A model generated the notes under the pieces. It was not told the origin of the DNA, did no database searches, and saw only the letters and a list, made by a program, of their open reading frames with translations. Source: Parcubacteria group bacterium Gr01-1014_31 (GTDB lineage: Bacteria; Patescibacteriota; Patescibacteriia; Buchananbacterales; GWA2-38-13). Taken from it: 64,000 nt of DNA. Each line of letters starts with the position of its first letter. Position 1 is the stretch's first letter. Made by a program: the position numbers and the translations under genes. Positions 36,508-45,835 of the stretch are shown here, in pieces. The stretch spans positions 156,870 to 220,869 of the forward strand of contig VMFR01000002.1 of NCBI GenBank assembly GCA_007376135.1, in the 5' to 3' direction.

Positions 36508-38484
36508 ATGAACGTCACGGAACTGTCGCGTCGTTTGCGGATGGATACCCGAGACCTGCTCGTGCTGCTGCCGCAGCTCGGTTTTGATATTGGCCGCCGC
36601 GCGATCAAGGTGGACGACCGGGTGGCGCAAAAGATCATCGAGCAGTGGCCGGTGTTGATGAAAAAATTGCGGGCGCAGACCGAGGACAGCGCCGCCGCGG
36701 CTGCCGCCGGCCCGGATGCGGCGGTTGCCAAACGGCAAGTGCCCGTTCCCGCGACGCTGTCGGTGCGCGAGTTCGCCCAGCGCGCCGGTTTGCCGGTGAC
36801 CAAGGTGCTGGCCGTGCTGATGCGCAACGGGGTGCTGGCATCCATCAATGAGCGAATCGACGCGGAAACCGCGACCATCGTTGGCGCCGACCTCGGCGTG
36901 GAGGTGACTGCGGAAGCGGCGACGGCGGGTGAGTCCGCGGCAGCGCAGACCGTTGCCAAACCGACGCAGGGCGCACCGCGAGCGCCGGTCATCGTAGTAC
37001 TCGGTCACGTGGACCACGGAAAAACCAAGCTGCTCGACGCCATTCGCCGCACTGACGTCGCATCGGGCGAGGCGGGCGGCATTACCCAGCATATCGGCGC
37101 GTACCAGGTAACCCGCAAGGACCGCCGCCTGACCTTTATCGATACCCCCGGCCACGAGGCCTTTGCAACCATGCGGTCGCGCGGCGCGCAGGTCGCCGAC
37201 ATTGCCATCCTGGTGGTGGGCGCCGACGACGGTGTCCAGCCGCAAACCAAGGAATCGATCAAGATCATCCATTCCGCCGGGCTCCCGCTGGTGGTCGCCA
37301 TCAACAAGGTCGACAAGCCCGATGCCAACGTGGAACGCATCAAACAGGAGCTGGCGGCACTGGAGTTGCTGCCGGAGGATTGGGGCGGCTCGACCATCTG
37401 TGTTCCCATCTCCGCCAAAGTCGGCACCGGCATTGATGCACTATTGGATACTTTGCTCTTGGTGGCGGATATGGAAAAAGAGAAGATCGTTGCCGACCCG
37501 GCGCTGCCGGCCATCGGTACGGTGATCGAATCGCACGTCGATAAGGGCGAGGGGCCGGTGGCGACCATGCTGGTGCAGACCGGCACGTTGCGCCGCGGGG
37601 ACCTGCTGCAGATCGGCGGCACCTACTATGGCAAGGTGCGGGCGCTCAAGGACTACCGCGGACGGCCGTTGGAGGAGGCCCCGCCGTCAACGCCCGTGCG
37701 ACTGCTGGGGTTAAAAGCGGTGCCGTCGGTCGGGGACGTCGCTTCCGTCACGACGACCGTGGACCGCAAGAGCAAGGCCGACACCCACGCGCTGCGGGGC
37801 CGCGCGACCAATGTCTACACCCCATCCCTGTCTTCGACTCCCGACAGTGCCGCCCCGGCGCTCACCTTCAACGTCGTGCTGAAAGCCGATGTGCTGGGTT
37901 CCCTGGAGGCGCTGATGGGCTCGCTCGACCAGTTTCAGAATCCGGAGGTCGGCGTGAAGGTGGTCGGCCGCGGTTTAGGGAACATCACCGAAGGCGACCT
38001 GCAGACGGCGGAAGCCGGCCATGCGGCGGTGCTCGGGTTCAACGTCAATCCGACCCCGGCCGCGGCGACGCTGGCGCATGACCGCGGTATCGAGGTGAAG
38101 ACGTATAAGATCATCTATGATCTGCTGGGTGAGATCCGCAAGCGCTTGGAAGCGATGCTCAAACCGGAGATCATCCGCACGGAGTTGGGTACCCTGAAAG
38201 TGCTGGCGGTGTTCCGCCAGGATAAGAGCGGCCAGATCATCGGCGGCGCGGTGACGGCCGGTCGCATCGGCTTGGGTGCGCAGGCATCCGTTGCCCGGGA
38301 CGGCGTGGTGCTGGCCAACGGCAAGATCTCCCAACTCCAGCAGAATAAAGTGGCGGTCCAGGAGGTTGCCCAGGGCCGGGAGTGTGGTATTCGATTCGAA
38401 GGCAAGGCGGTCGCGCAGGTCGGCGACACCGTACAGGTGTATCGCGAAGAGGTGCGCGAACGGAAGCTTGCCTTGGCCGCATAA
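36508..38484 (+). CDS. infB: Translation initiation factor IF-2
   Basis: G-domain motifs (GHVDHGKT, DTPGHEAF, NKVD) and a C-terminal beta-barrel. Confidence 0.9.
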   Translation: MNVTELSRRLRMDTRDLLVLLPQLGFDIGRRAIKVDDRVAQKIIEQWPVLMKKLRAQTEDSAAAAAAGPDAAVAKRQVPVPATLSVREFAQRAGLPVTKVLAVLMRNGVLASINERIDAETATIVGADLGVEVTAEAATAGESAAAQTVAKPTQGAPRAPVIVVLGHVDHGKTKLLDAIRRTDVASGEAGGITQHIGAYQVTRKDRRLTFIDTPGHEAFATMRSRGAQVADIAILVVGADDGVQPQTKESIKIIHSAGLPLVVAINKVDKPDANVERIKQELAALELLPEDWGGSTICVPISAKVGTGIDALLDTLLLVADMEKEKIVADPALPAIGTVIESHVDKGEGPVATMLVQTGTLRRGDLLQIGGTYYGKVRALKDYRGRPLEEAPPSTPVRLLGLKAVPSVGDVASVTTTVDRKSKADTHALRGRATNVYTPSLSSTPDSAAPALTFNVVLKADVLGSLEALMGSLDQFQNPEVGVKVVGRGLGNITEGDLQTAEAGHAAVLGFNVNPTPAAATLAHDRGIEVKTYKIIYDLLGEIRKRLEAMLKPEIIRTELGTLKVLAVFRQDKSGQIIGGAVTAGRIGLGAQASVARDGVVLANGKISQLQQNKVAVQEVAQGRECGIRFEGKAVAQVGDTVQVYREEVRERKLALAA

Positions 38485-38492
38485 CTGCCCCT

Positions 38493-38849
38493 GTGTCGTC
38501 CCATCGGGTCGCCCAAATCAGTGAACAGCTGCGGCGCGAACTCGGGCCGATTTTGGCGCAGGCCATTGAACTGCCCCCCGGGGTGCTCGTGACCGTCACG
38601 GCGGTGGATGTCGCCGCGGACCTGCAGAATGCCACCGTCTGGGTGAGTGTGCTGCCCGGCGGCGACCACGACCACGTGGTTCGCGTATTACAGCGGCAGG
38701 CTCGCGTGCTGCACGCCGCGTTGTTTTCCGCCGTCCGCTTCCGGCCCGTGCCGGCGCTGCACTTCCGTTATGATATTACTGAGGCCAAGGCGGCCGATGT
38801 CGAGGCGCTCCTGGATCGCCTGGAGCAAGATCCCGCTGAGCACCCTTGA
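38493..38849 (+). CDS. rbfA: Ribosome-binding factor A
   Basis: RVAQISEQLRRELGPIL...ATVWVSVL...RFRPVPALHFRYD is an RbfA-like KH fold. GTG start 9 bp after the infB stop; infB-rbfA synteny. Confidence 0.75.
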   Translation: MSSHRVAQISEQLRRELGPILAQAIELPPGVLVTVTAVDVAADLQNATVWVSVLPGGDHDHVVRVLQRQARVLHAALFSAVRFRPVPALHFRYDITEAKAADVEALLDRLEQDPAEHP

Positions 38850-38885
38850 CGAACGCGGCCCGGCAGGCTAGACTGCCGGGCTATG

Positions 38886-38989
38886 CTCCGTAGGACAACG
38901 GACAAAAACAGTTCGCAGGTTTTTCCTGGCGCGGTTTCCTCCGGGCATGATTTTGGTGCCCGTTCGGGTTAAACCGTTGTCCTCCGGGG
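38886..38989. repeat. Intergenic element R1: 14-16-bp terminal inverted repeat (ccgtaggacaacgg ... ccgttgtcctccgggg) enclosing a ~72-bp core; abuts the nrnA start codon
   Basis: Same TIR as 40748-40851 and 48858-48971, with unrelated internal sequence. Confidence 0.65.
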
Positions 38990-38990
38990 T

Positions 38991-39953
38991 ATGCAATTTG
39001 AATTTTCCCCGCAGCAGCTAGACGCGCAGTTCGCGCGCGTCCGAACGGCGGTTCTGGTCGGCCACATTCAGCCGGACGCCGATTGCCTGGGTTCGCTGAC
39101 CGCGTTTGCACCCTATCTAGAGAGCCGCGGTTGCGCCGTTACTCTCTACTGCGCCACCCCGGCGCCCGCCCGCCTCCAGTTTCTGCCTGGGGTAAGCCGG
39201 TTGCGGACCACGGCGCCTGGACCCTACGACGCGGTGGTGGTGCTGGACTGCGGCGACCTGAAACACGCCTGCGTGACCCCCGCGCAGCTGGCGCATTGGT
39301 CCCCGCGGCTGGTGGTCAATATCGACCACCACCAGACCAACACGCGGTACGGCGACATCAACCTGGTGCAGCCGACCGCTGCCTCTGCGACTGAGATCCT
39401 CTACCACTATTTCCGCGCTTTGGATTTTTTGGTCACGCCGCAGGTTGCCACCTCGCTCCTGGCGGGCATCGTCGGCGATACCGGCGGTTTTTACCACTCC
39501 AATACCTCACCTGCCGTGCTGAACGCCGCGGCCGAGTTGGTCGCCGCCGGTGCGTCGTTGCCGGCGCTGTTCTCCATCGCCTTTGGCGACAAGACCGTGC
39601 CGGCGCTGCAGCGCTGGGGTCCGGTGCTGTCGCGGATCACCATACACCCGCGCTACCAGGTGGCGCTGGCGGTCATCACCCGTGCCGATCTTTCCGGCTT
39701 GCCGGATGAGGCGGCGGCCGCCTCGGGGATGGCGAATTTTCTCAATACGCTGGATGGCGTGCGGGCGGTGGTCGTGCTGGTGGAACAGGCGGACGGCACC
39801 ATCCGCGGCAGCCTTCGCGCACGTGATCCCTTGCTGGACGTGGCGAAGTTCGCTACGCTGTGTGGTGGCGGCGGCCATAAACTTGCGGCAGGGTTTGCCA
39901 TCAAGGGGAGGCTGCAGGAAACGCCGCAGGGGTGGAAAGTTGTGGCCGGATAA
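38991..39953 (+). CDS. nrnA: DHH/DHHA1-family phosphoesterase (NrnA-like oligoribonuclease / pAp phosphatase)
   Basis: DHH motifs (HIQPDADCLGS, VNIDHHQTN) and DHHA1 GGGH. Confidence 0.8.
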   Translation: MQFEFSPQQLDAQFARVRTAVLVGHIQPDADCLGSLTAFAPYLESRGCAVTLYCATPAPARLQFLPGVSRLRTTAPGPYDAVVVLDCGDLKHACVTPAQLAHWSPRLVVNIDHHQTNTRYGDINLVQPTAASATEILYHYFRALDFLVTPQVATSLLAGIVGDTGGFYHSNTSPAVLNAAAELVAAGASLPALFSIAFGDKTVPALQRWGPVLSRITIHPRYQVALAVITRADLSGLPDEAAAASGMANFLNTLDGVRAVVVLVEQADGTIRGSLRARDPLLDVAKFATLCGGGGHKLAAGFAIKGRLQETPQGWKVVAG

Positions 39954-39954
39954 A

Positions 39955-40107
39955 TCGTAAATTTTAAATTACAAATTTTCAATTTTCATTGAATTATTAA
40001 TGACTTAATTTTTAAACATCGTGTCGACGCTCGGATCTAATCATTGGAAATTGAAAATTGTACCATTGATTGTAAATTAGAAATTGTGAATTAATAATTT
40101 TAGCCTT
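39955..40107 (+). promoter_or_regulatory. AT-rich (>75% AT) intergenic region upstream of clpP with reiterated gaaattg/aaattg motifs; probable promoter/operator region
   Basis: Sharp compositional drop and repeated aaatt(g/t) units immediately 5' of clpP. Confidence 0.4.
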
Positions 40108-40683
40108 ATGCACCTGATCCCTACCGTCATCGAGAAGTCGACGTTCGGCGAGCGCGCGTATGATATCTATTCGCGCCTGCTCAAGGAGCGCATTATTTTC
40201 CTGGGTGACGTGATCACCGACCCGCTGGCCAACACCATCATCGCGCAGTTGCTGTTCCTCGAGTCGGAGGATTCGAAAAAGGAGATCAAAATCTACATTA
40301 ATAGCCCGGGTGGTTCGGTGTCGGCCGGCTTGGCGATCTACGATACAATGCAGTACGTCAAACCGGATGTGATGACCATTTGCGTCGGTACGGCGGCATC
40401 TATGGGAGCGGTGCTCCTGGCGTCCGGCACGAAGGGCAAGCGGATCGTGCTGCCCAACTCCGAGGTCATGCTGCACCAGGTGATGGGCGGCGCTGAGGGC
40501 CAGGCCATTGATGTCAAGATCCGCGCCGAGCATATCCTGAAGATCAAGGACCGGCTCAATCTGATCCTGGCCAAGCACACGGGACAGCCGCTGAAGAAGA
40601 TCGAAAAGGACACCGACCGCGACTATTACCTGACTCCCCAGGAAGCTATCGCCTACGGCTTGGTGGACAGGATCATCCAGTAA
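40108..40683 (+). CDS. clpP: ATP-dependent Clp protease proteolytic subunit
   Basis: Catalytic triad context ([13 protein letters not shown]) and full-length ClpP similarity. Confidence 0.9.
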   Translation: MHLIPTVIEKSTFGERAYDIYSRLLKERIIFLGDVITDPLANTIIAQLLFLESEDSKKEIKIYINSPGGSVSAGLAIYDTMQYVKPDVMTICVGTAASMGAVLLASGTKGKRIVLPNSEVMLHQVMGGAEGQAIDVKIRAEHILKIKDRLNLILAKHTGQPLKKIEKDTDRDYYLTPQEAIAYGLVDRIIQ

Positions 40684-40747
40684 GCGCTCCCCGCCCGGTA
40701 TATCCGCCACTTCCCGCCGCCTCCCCTTTCGGAGACGGCGTTGGCTT

Positions 40748-40851
40748 GCCCCGTAGGACAATGGAATCTTGAGAACGGTTGGGAGGCTTACGTTCTCATG
40801 CATTTCCATGAACAGGCTATCAAAACGGCATCAACCGTTGTCCTACGGGGC
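40748..40851. repeat. Intergenic element R2: TIR gccccgtaggacaatgg ... ccgttgtcctacggggc enclosing a ~70-bp core
   Basis: See R1; located between clpP and rny. Confidence 0.65.
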
Positions 40852-41113
40852 TTGTCAAGGGAATCATTTTGTGGTACGTTAGGGCCACGTATTGCAATTA
40901 ACTACGACGTTTGAGGGTGACCCGTGAGCGTTCTGATTTTCTCCATGTTGCATAGCCTGCTTGAACACTCTGGAATCGCCGACAGTGCCGTTTGGCCTGC
41001 CGCCGGTTTCACGTTCACCGCGGCGTTCTTGCCCAGGTAAATCAGGCCCAAACCGCCGCGCCTGCGGGCGCGGACTTCGCTCCGGCCGTCCCCCTCGCCG
41101 TTGGACGGACACT

Positions 41114-42640
41114 ATGAAAAACTTTTTATGGGCGATCGCCCTGACTGCAGGGTTCGCTTTTGGCATTGCGCTCGGGTACTACCTGCGCAAGCTGTGGGCC
41201 ATCCGCCGACGCGACATCATCGAGTCGCGTATCGAGAGCCTCATCAATGAGGCCAAGGCCAAAGAGAAAGAGATCCTGCTGGAGGCCAATGACAAGGCGC
41301 TCAAGCTGATCGAGGAGGCCAAGATCGAAGAGCGTAAGCGTCAGGCCGATCTGCGCGCGGCCCAGCAGCGCTTGGAAAAGCGCGAGGGGCTCTTCGACCA
41401 GAAGATCCTAGAGATCGAATCGAAGAAACAGGAGATCGTCGAGAAGGTTGCAAAGATCGAGCAGGTCAAGGCGGAGATCGCCAAGATCAAGGAAGAGCAA
41501 CTCGCCCGTTTGGAGCAGATCTCCCAGCTCAATCAGGAGGAAGCGAAGCGGCTGCTGTTCGAAAATATCGAGCGCCGCAGCAAGGATGACCTGGCCGCGC
41601 GTATCCGCAAGCTGAATGAGCAGTCAGCCGAGGAGATCGACCGCCAGGCCAAGAAACTCTTGAGTATGGCCATCCAGCGCTGCGCCAGCTCGCACGCCGC
41701 CGAGATCACCACCTCCACGGTCGATCTGCCGTCCGATGAAATGAAGGGCCGCATTATCGGCCGCGAGGGCCGCAACATTAAGGCCATTGAACTGATGACG
41801 GGTGTCGAGATCATCGTGGATGACACGCCGCAGGCCATCACCTTGTCGGGATTTTCGGCCATCCGCCGGCAGGTCGCCAAGCTCGCGCTCATCAAGCTCA
41901 TCGCCGATGGCCGCATCCACCCCGGCCGCATCGAGGAAGCCATTGAGCAGGCGAAAAAGGAACTCGCCACGGATCTGAAGAAGGCCGGCGAGGACGCTCT
42001 CTATGAGGTGGGCATTACCGGTATTCACCCCAAACTGGTCTCCATTTTGGGCCGCTTGAAGTACCGCACCAGCTACGGCCAGAATATCCTGCACCACTCC
42101 GTGGAGGTGGCATACCTGGCCGGGTTGATCGCCGAGGAGCTGGGCGCTGACGTGGCGTTGGCCAAGAAGGGCGGCCTGTTCCACGATATCGGCAAGGCCG
42201 TGGACCACGAGGTCCAGGGCAGCCACCCGGAGATCGGTTACAATATTCTCAAGAAGTTCAACGTCGGCGAGGACGTGGCGCAGATCGCCAAGACCCACCA
42301 CGACGACATGCCGCCCCTGTTGGAGTGTGTGATTGTCAAGGTGGCCGACGCCATTTCGGGCGCCCGGCCCGGCGCCCGCAAGGACACGTATGAGAAGTAT
42401 GTGCAGCGGCTGGAAGAGCTGGAGCAATTGGCATCCAGTTTCCCGGGTGTGGAGAAGACCTACGCCATCCAGGCCGGACGCGAGGTGCGCGTCTTCGTGG
42501 TGCCGCAGGAAGTGGATGACCTGGGCGCGTACAAGCTGGCCTCGGAGATCGCGCGCCGCATCGAGCAGGAGCTGAAGTACCCGGGTGAGATTCGCGTCAA
42601 CGTCATCCGCGAGACCCGCGTCATTGAGTACGCGAGGTAA
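41114..42640 (+). CDS. rny: Ribonuclease Y
   Basis: N-terminal TM helix, coiled coil, KH domain (GRIIGREGRNI) and HD domain (HSVEVAYLAGLIA...HDIGK). Confidence 0.9.
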   Translation: MKNFLWAIALTAGFAFGIALGYYLRKLWAIRRRDIIESRIESLINEAKAKEKEILLEANDKALKLIEEAKIEERKRQADLRAAQQRLEKREGLFDQKILEIESKKQEIVEKVAKIEQVKAEIAKIKEEQLARLEQISQLNQEEAKRLLFENIERRSKDDLAARIRKLNEQSAEEIDRQAKKLLSMAIQRCASSHAAEITTSTVDLPSDEMKGRIIGREGRNIKAIELMTGVEIIVDDTPQAITLSGFSAIRRQVAKLALIKLIADGRIHPGRIEEAIEQAKKELATDLKKAGEDALYEVGITGIHPKLVSILGRLKYRTSYGQNILHHSVEVAYLAGLIAEELGADVALAKKGGLFHDIGKAVDHEVQGSHPEIGYNILKKFNVGEDVAQIAKTHHDDMPPLLECVIVKVADAISGARPGARKDTYEKYVQRLEELEQLASSFPGVEKTYAIQAGREVRVFVVPQEVDDLGAYKLASEIARRIEQELKYPGEIRVNVIRETRVIEYAR

Positions 42641-42723
42641 TCTTGTAATGCAAATTTTGTACCTTGGAACTCGAGTAGCGGACCGATCCAATCTTGAGAT
42701 ACCCGTTATAAGCTACCGGCTCC

Positions 42724-43518
42724 ATGATGAATATCCTTTTCTTCGGTGACGTTGTCGGCAAGGTCGGCCGCAAGGGGCTGGCTGCGGCGCTGCCGGGGTT
42801 GCGCCGGGAAACGAACGCCGATTTGGTGATCGTCAACGGCGAGAATTCTTCGCACGGCAACGGCATCACCGCCTCGACCTATGCGGAGTTGCGCGCGGCC
42901 GGTGCCGATGTGGTGACGCTGGGCGACCACGCGTTCGACCGCGAGGAAGCTCGGACGCTGCTGGGCAGCGACGACCGGCTCGTGCGGCCGGCCAACTATC
43001 CCCCGCAGTTGCCGGGTGTGGGCGCCCGTCTGGTGCCGGTGGGCAGCCGTGAGGTGTTGGTCATCAATTTGTTGGGACGCGTCTTCATGAAGATGCATTA
43101 CGACTGTCCGTTCCGCGCGTTTGACGCCTTGTATGCGCAGTATGCCGCCCGTCGGCCAGCTGCCGTCATCGTTGATTTTCACGCCGAGGCAACCTCGGAA
43201 AAGCAGGCGTTCGCTTGGCACGTGGATGGTCGCGCCTCGGCGGTGCTGGGCACCCATACGCATGTGCCGACCGCCGACTTGCGCACGCTGCCCGCCGGTA
43301 CGGCGCTGGTCTGCGACGTCGGCATGGTCGGCCCCCGCGATTCGGTCATTGGCGTCACGCCGGCGCGGTCGCTCAAGTCATTTTTGCAGCAAACCCCAAG
43401 CCTGTTCGAACCCGCCGAAGACGGGCCGTGCCTGGTGAACGGCGTTCTGCTCCGCGTCGACCCCGCGACCGGCCGTGTCCAGGCGTTACAGCGCCTGGAC
43501 CGTGAGGTTCCCGTGTAG
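42724..43518 (+). CDS. ymdB: YmdB-like metallophosphoesterase (TIGR00282 family)
   Basis: ILFFGDVVGK...VIVNGENSSHGNGI...GDHAFD motifs; conserved rny-ymdB synteny. Confidence 0.8.
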   Translation: MMNILFFGDVVGKVGRKGLAAALPGLRRETNADLVIVNGENSSHGNGITASTYAELRAAGADVVTLGDHAFDREEARTLLGSDDRLVRPANYPPQLPGVGARLVPVGSREVLVINLLGRVFMKMHYDCPFRAFDALYAQYAARRPAAVIVDFHAEATSEKQAFAWHVDGRASAVLGTHTHVPTADLRTLPAGTALVCDVGMVGPRDSVIGVTPARSLKSFLQQTPSLFEPAEDGPCLVNGVLLRVDPATGRVQALQRLDREVPV

Positions 43519-43626
43519 CGAAACCGTGGCTGACTTGCGCAAAATTCGGGGGTTGGGTATACTTACCTGGGTACGGGTAGCGTAGGCTACCATTGGAAGA
43601 ATAATTTTTTTGAAAGGAGGTGGCGA

Positions 43627-43911
43627 ATGAACAAAGCAGAACTCATCGACGTGATCGCGCAGAAAGTCAGCATCACCAAGCGCCAGGCGGAGGAGGCTAT
43701 CGATTGTGTGACCTCGACGATCACCGATACGATCAAGGGCGGCGGCGAAGTGACGATCACCGGTTTCGGCGCGTTTTCCGCCAAGCAGCGCGCTGGCCGG
43801 ACCGGCGTGAACCCGCGCAACCCCACCGAAAAGATCGAGATTCCTGCCGTGACGGTGCCGAAATTCAAGGCCGGCAAGGCTCTCAAGGACGCACTCAAGG
43901 GTAAGACCTAA
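43627..43911 (+). CDS. hup: HU-family DNA-binding protein
   Basis: MNKAELIDVIA...GFGAFSAKQRAGRTGVNPRNP signature. Confidence 0.85.
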   Translation: MNKAELIDVIAQKVSITKRQAEEAIDCVTSTITDTIKGGGEVTITGFGAFSAKQRAGRTGVNPRNPTEKIEIPAVTVPKFKAGKALKDALKGKT

Positions 43912-43940
43912 CCGGCACTTCCCTGTACAGTTCCAAACTC

Positions 43941-43965
43941 CCCTCGCGCATGCGCGAGGGGAGTT
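43941..43965 (+). terminator. Terminator after hup
   Basis: ccctcgcgcatgcgcgagggg palindrome followed by T-rich sequence. Confidence 0.5.
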
Positions 43966-43982
43966 TTGGTATGGCGAAAAAT

Positions 43983-44022
43983 AAAAACGTTCACCTGGCG
44001 GTGAACATCTTTCTGGTGCGCC
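43983..44022 (-). repeat. Distal copy of a 40-bp direct repeat (minus-strand terminator hairpin plus the last 9 nt of the tRNA-Lys 3' end), followed by a degenerate tRNA-like sequence with hairpin inserts
   Basis: aaaaacgttcacctggcggtgaacatctttctggtgcgcc is identical to 44188-44227. Confidence 0.6.
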
Positions 44023-44187
44023 TAGAGAGGATCGAAGTCGGTCCGATGCCCATCGGACCTCCCCATAGGGGCTTCCGCCCCTCTGGTGCTCGCTGCGCTC
44101 GCGGTCACCCCCGGCAATGCGGGGGAGTTTTTCCTCCCCCGCCACCCCCACGTTCGATTCCCTGGCGGATAAACATTGTTAATAAAG

Positions 44188-44227
44188 AAAAACGTTCACC
44201 TGGCGGTGAACATCTTTCTGGTGCGCC
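44188..44227 (-). repeat. Proximal copy of the 40-bp repeat: functional terminator (gttcaccgccaggtgaac + T-run on minus strand) plus the tRNA-Lys 3' end
   Basis: Identical to 43983-44022. Confidence 0.6.
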
Positions 44228-44294
44228 CAGAGGGAATCGAACCCCCAACCGTTGGCTTAAGAGGCCACTGCTCTGCCAATTGAGCTATGGGCGC
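44219..44294 (-). tRNA. tRNA-Lys (anticodon CTT), CCA encoded
   Basis: Reverse complement: gcgccca...anticodon loop cTCTTaa...ggttcgattccc...tgggcgc a cca. Confidence 0.8.
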
Positions 44295-44314
44295 GTACTT
44301 GGGTTTTCCAACAT

Positions 44315-44386
44315 TGCTCCCGGAGGGATTCGAACCCCCAACAACAGGTCCGAAGCCTGCTGTGATATCCATTTCACCACGGGAGC
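44315..44386 (-). tRNA. tRNA-Arg (anticodon TCG), CCA not encoded
   Basis: Reverse complement: gctcccg tg gtga...tcac a gcagg cTTCGGa cctgt ... ggggg ttcgaat ccctc cgggagc a. Confidence 0.75.
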
Positions 44387-44533
44387 GAAAGGCGGGAGCG
44401 ACCAGCGCGGACGGTACTTACATTCCCGGATAGTAGCGGAAAAATGCCGGTTCGTCAATCCTGAAGGTATGAAAACCCCGCGATCTTGTGGACCGCGGGG
44501 CGTGGAATGTGGGTGGAACCGAAGGAACGGAAA

Positions 44534-45835
44534 CTACGGAGCGTCGCCGCCGGGGGTGGCGGACGGGACGATCGCCGGTGCGTCGGCGACGCGCAGGGTC
44601 TCGCGCCATTCCAGCGGCACGAGTGCGCGCCGGACCTCCCGGTGGATGTCGGGGAGCGGAATGCGGGTGGCCGGCACTCCGCGCGCGGTCGTGGACCCGT
44701 TGAAGATCCAGCCGGCCTGCGGGGTGAGGTGCCACTCGGGACGGTCGGCGACCGTGGTGCTGGTCAGCCGCTGGGTGTCGTCGGGCGGCTTGGCGCCGGC
44801 GCGACGGTACTCCTCCATGCGCAGCCGACGCGCGATGGCGCAGGTGGCCCACCAGCAGTCGCTCCGCTTACGGTCGCGGAGCAGCACTTCGGCGAACTGC
44901 CGCAGCACGGGCGGCATGTCCTGGCTGCTGGCGACCCCCTGGAGTCGTTCGGGGTGGAGCGCCGAAACCATCCGGGAGATGGACTCGACGACCTGGTGGG
45001 AGGGGTGGTTGCGGCCGACCTGGCGTCCCAGCGACCCGATGACGGTGCCGGGCACCTTGAGATGCTGCGAGACGTAGATCTGGGTGTTACCGCAGTTGGG
45101 CGCGGCCGGGGTCCCTTGCTGGACGAAGAGGTCGCACTTGCCGTAGAAGCGGGCCATGCGGTGGAACAGCGGGTCGTCGCCGACGATGCTGCCCACCCGC
45201 AGCACCGTGCCATCGGGGAACTGCAGCGTTCGCACGCTCGCTCGTTGCGCCCAGGCCTGGCGCGAAGGTCCGAGGAATCGCACCTGTTCCTCGTACTTGG
45301 CCGAGATGGCCTTGAACGCCCAGTAGATGACCTCCCGTGGGTCGTCCGGGTAGCGGTCGTGCAGGATGCGCACGAGGTGCGCCAGATCGAACGGCTGCGC
45401 TCCGCCGCGGGAATCCTGGCGCGACACGTAGGTCAGGATCTTCCCCAGGGCGGGGTCTTCGGCGATGCCGAGCGAATTCGCGACCAGCTGCGCCGAGCAC
45501 GTGATGACGTCGGGGTCCTGCAGGCGCAGGCGGTGGTCATCGAGCTTGGCCAGCGCGATGCCGAGCACCAAGGTGCCGTCCGCTTCATGCTGGGCGACCG
45601 GCCGGCCGTCGGGCGTGCTCTGACCGGATCCCCAGAACTCAAGCTTGGCACAGTGAATGCCGGGGTACCTCCCCTTGCCGAAGTTGCGGAGCAGCCACAG
45701 TGCCAGGATCTCCTCCAGGTGCGGCCGCGGGTGCACCGCGATTCGCTTGATGGTCAGCTGACCTTGGGAGGATGCGGCAATCGCTGCCGCGATCTCGGCC
45801 TTCAGGTCGGGAAACTGGGTCGTTTCGTTGTTCAC
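44534..45835 (-). CDS. Hypothetical protein (433 aa), no recognizable domain
   Basis: Protein-like composition on the minus strand; the overlapping plus-strand ORF 44486..46006 is R/G/D-rich antisense noise. Followed by a terminator at 46017-46045. Confidence 0.5.
   Translation of the reverse strand: MNNETTQFPDLKAEIAAAIAASSQGQLTIKRIAVHPRPHLEEILALWLLRNFGKGRYPGIHCAKLEFWGSGQSTPDGRPVAQHEADGTLVLGIALAKLDDHRLRLQDPDVITCSAQLVANSLGIAEDPALGKILTYVSRQDSRGGAQPFDLAHLVRILHDRYPDDPREVIYWAFKAISAKYEEQVRFLGPSRQAWAQRASVRTLQFPDGTVLRVGSIVGDDPLFHRMARFYGKCDLFVQQGTPAAPNCGNTQIYVSQHLKVPGTVIGSLGRQVGRNHPSHQVVESISRMVSALHPERLQGVASSQDMPPVLRQFAEVLLRDRKRSDCWWATCAIARRLRMEEYRRAGAKPPDDTQRLTSTTVADRPEWHLTPQAGWIFNGSTTARGVPATRIPLPDIHREVRRALVPLEWRETLRVADAPAIVPSATPGGDAP

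Noticed and set aside
36235-37272. 345-aa minus-strand ORF antisense to infB
   Set aside because: infB on the plus strand is unambiguous; the antisense ORF is a GC artefact.
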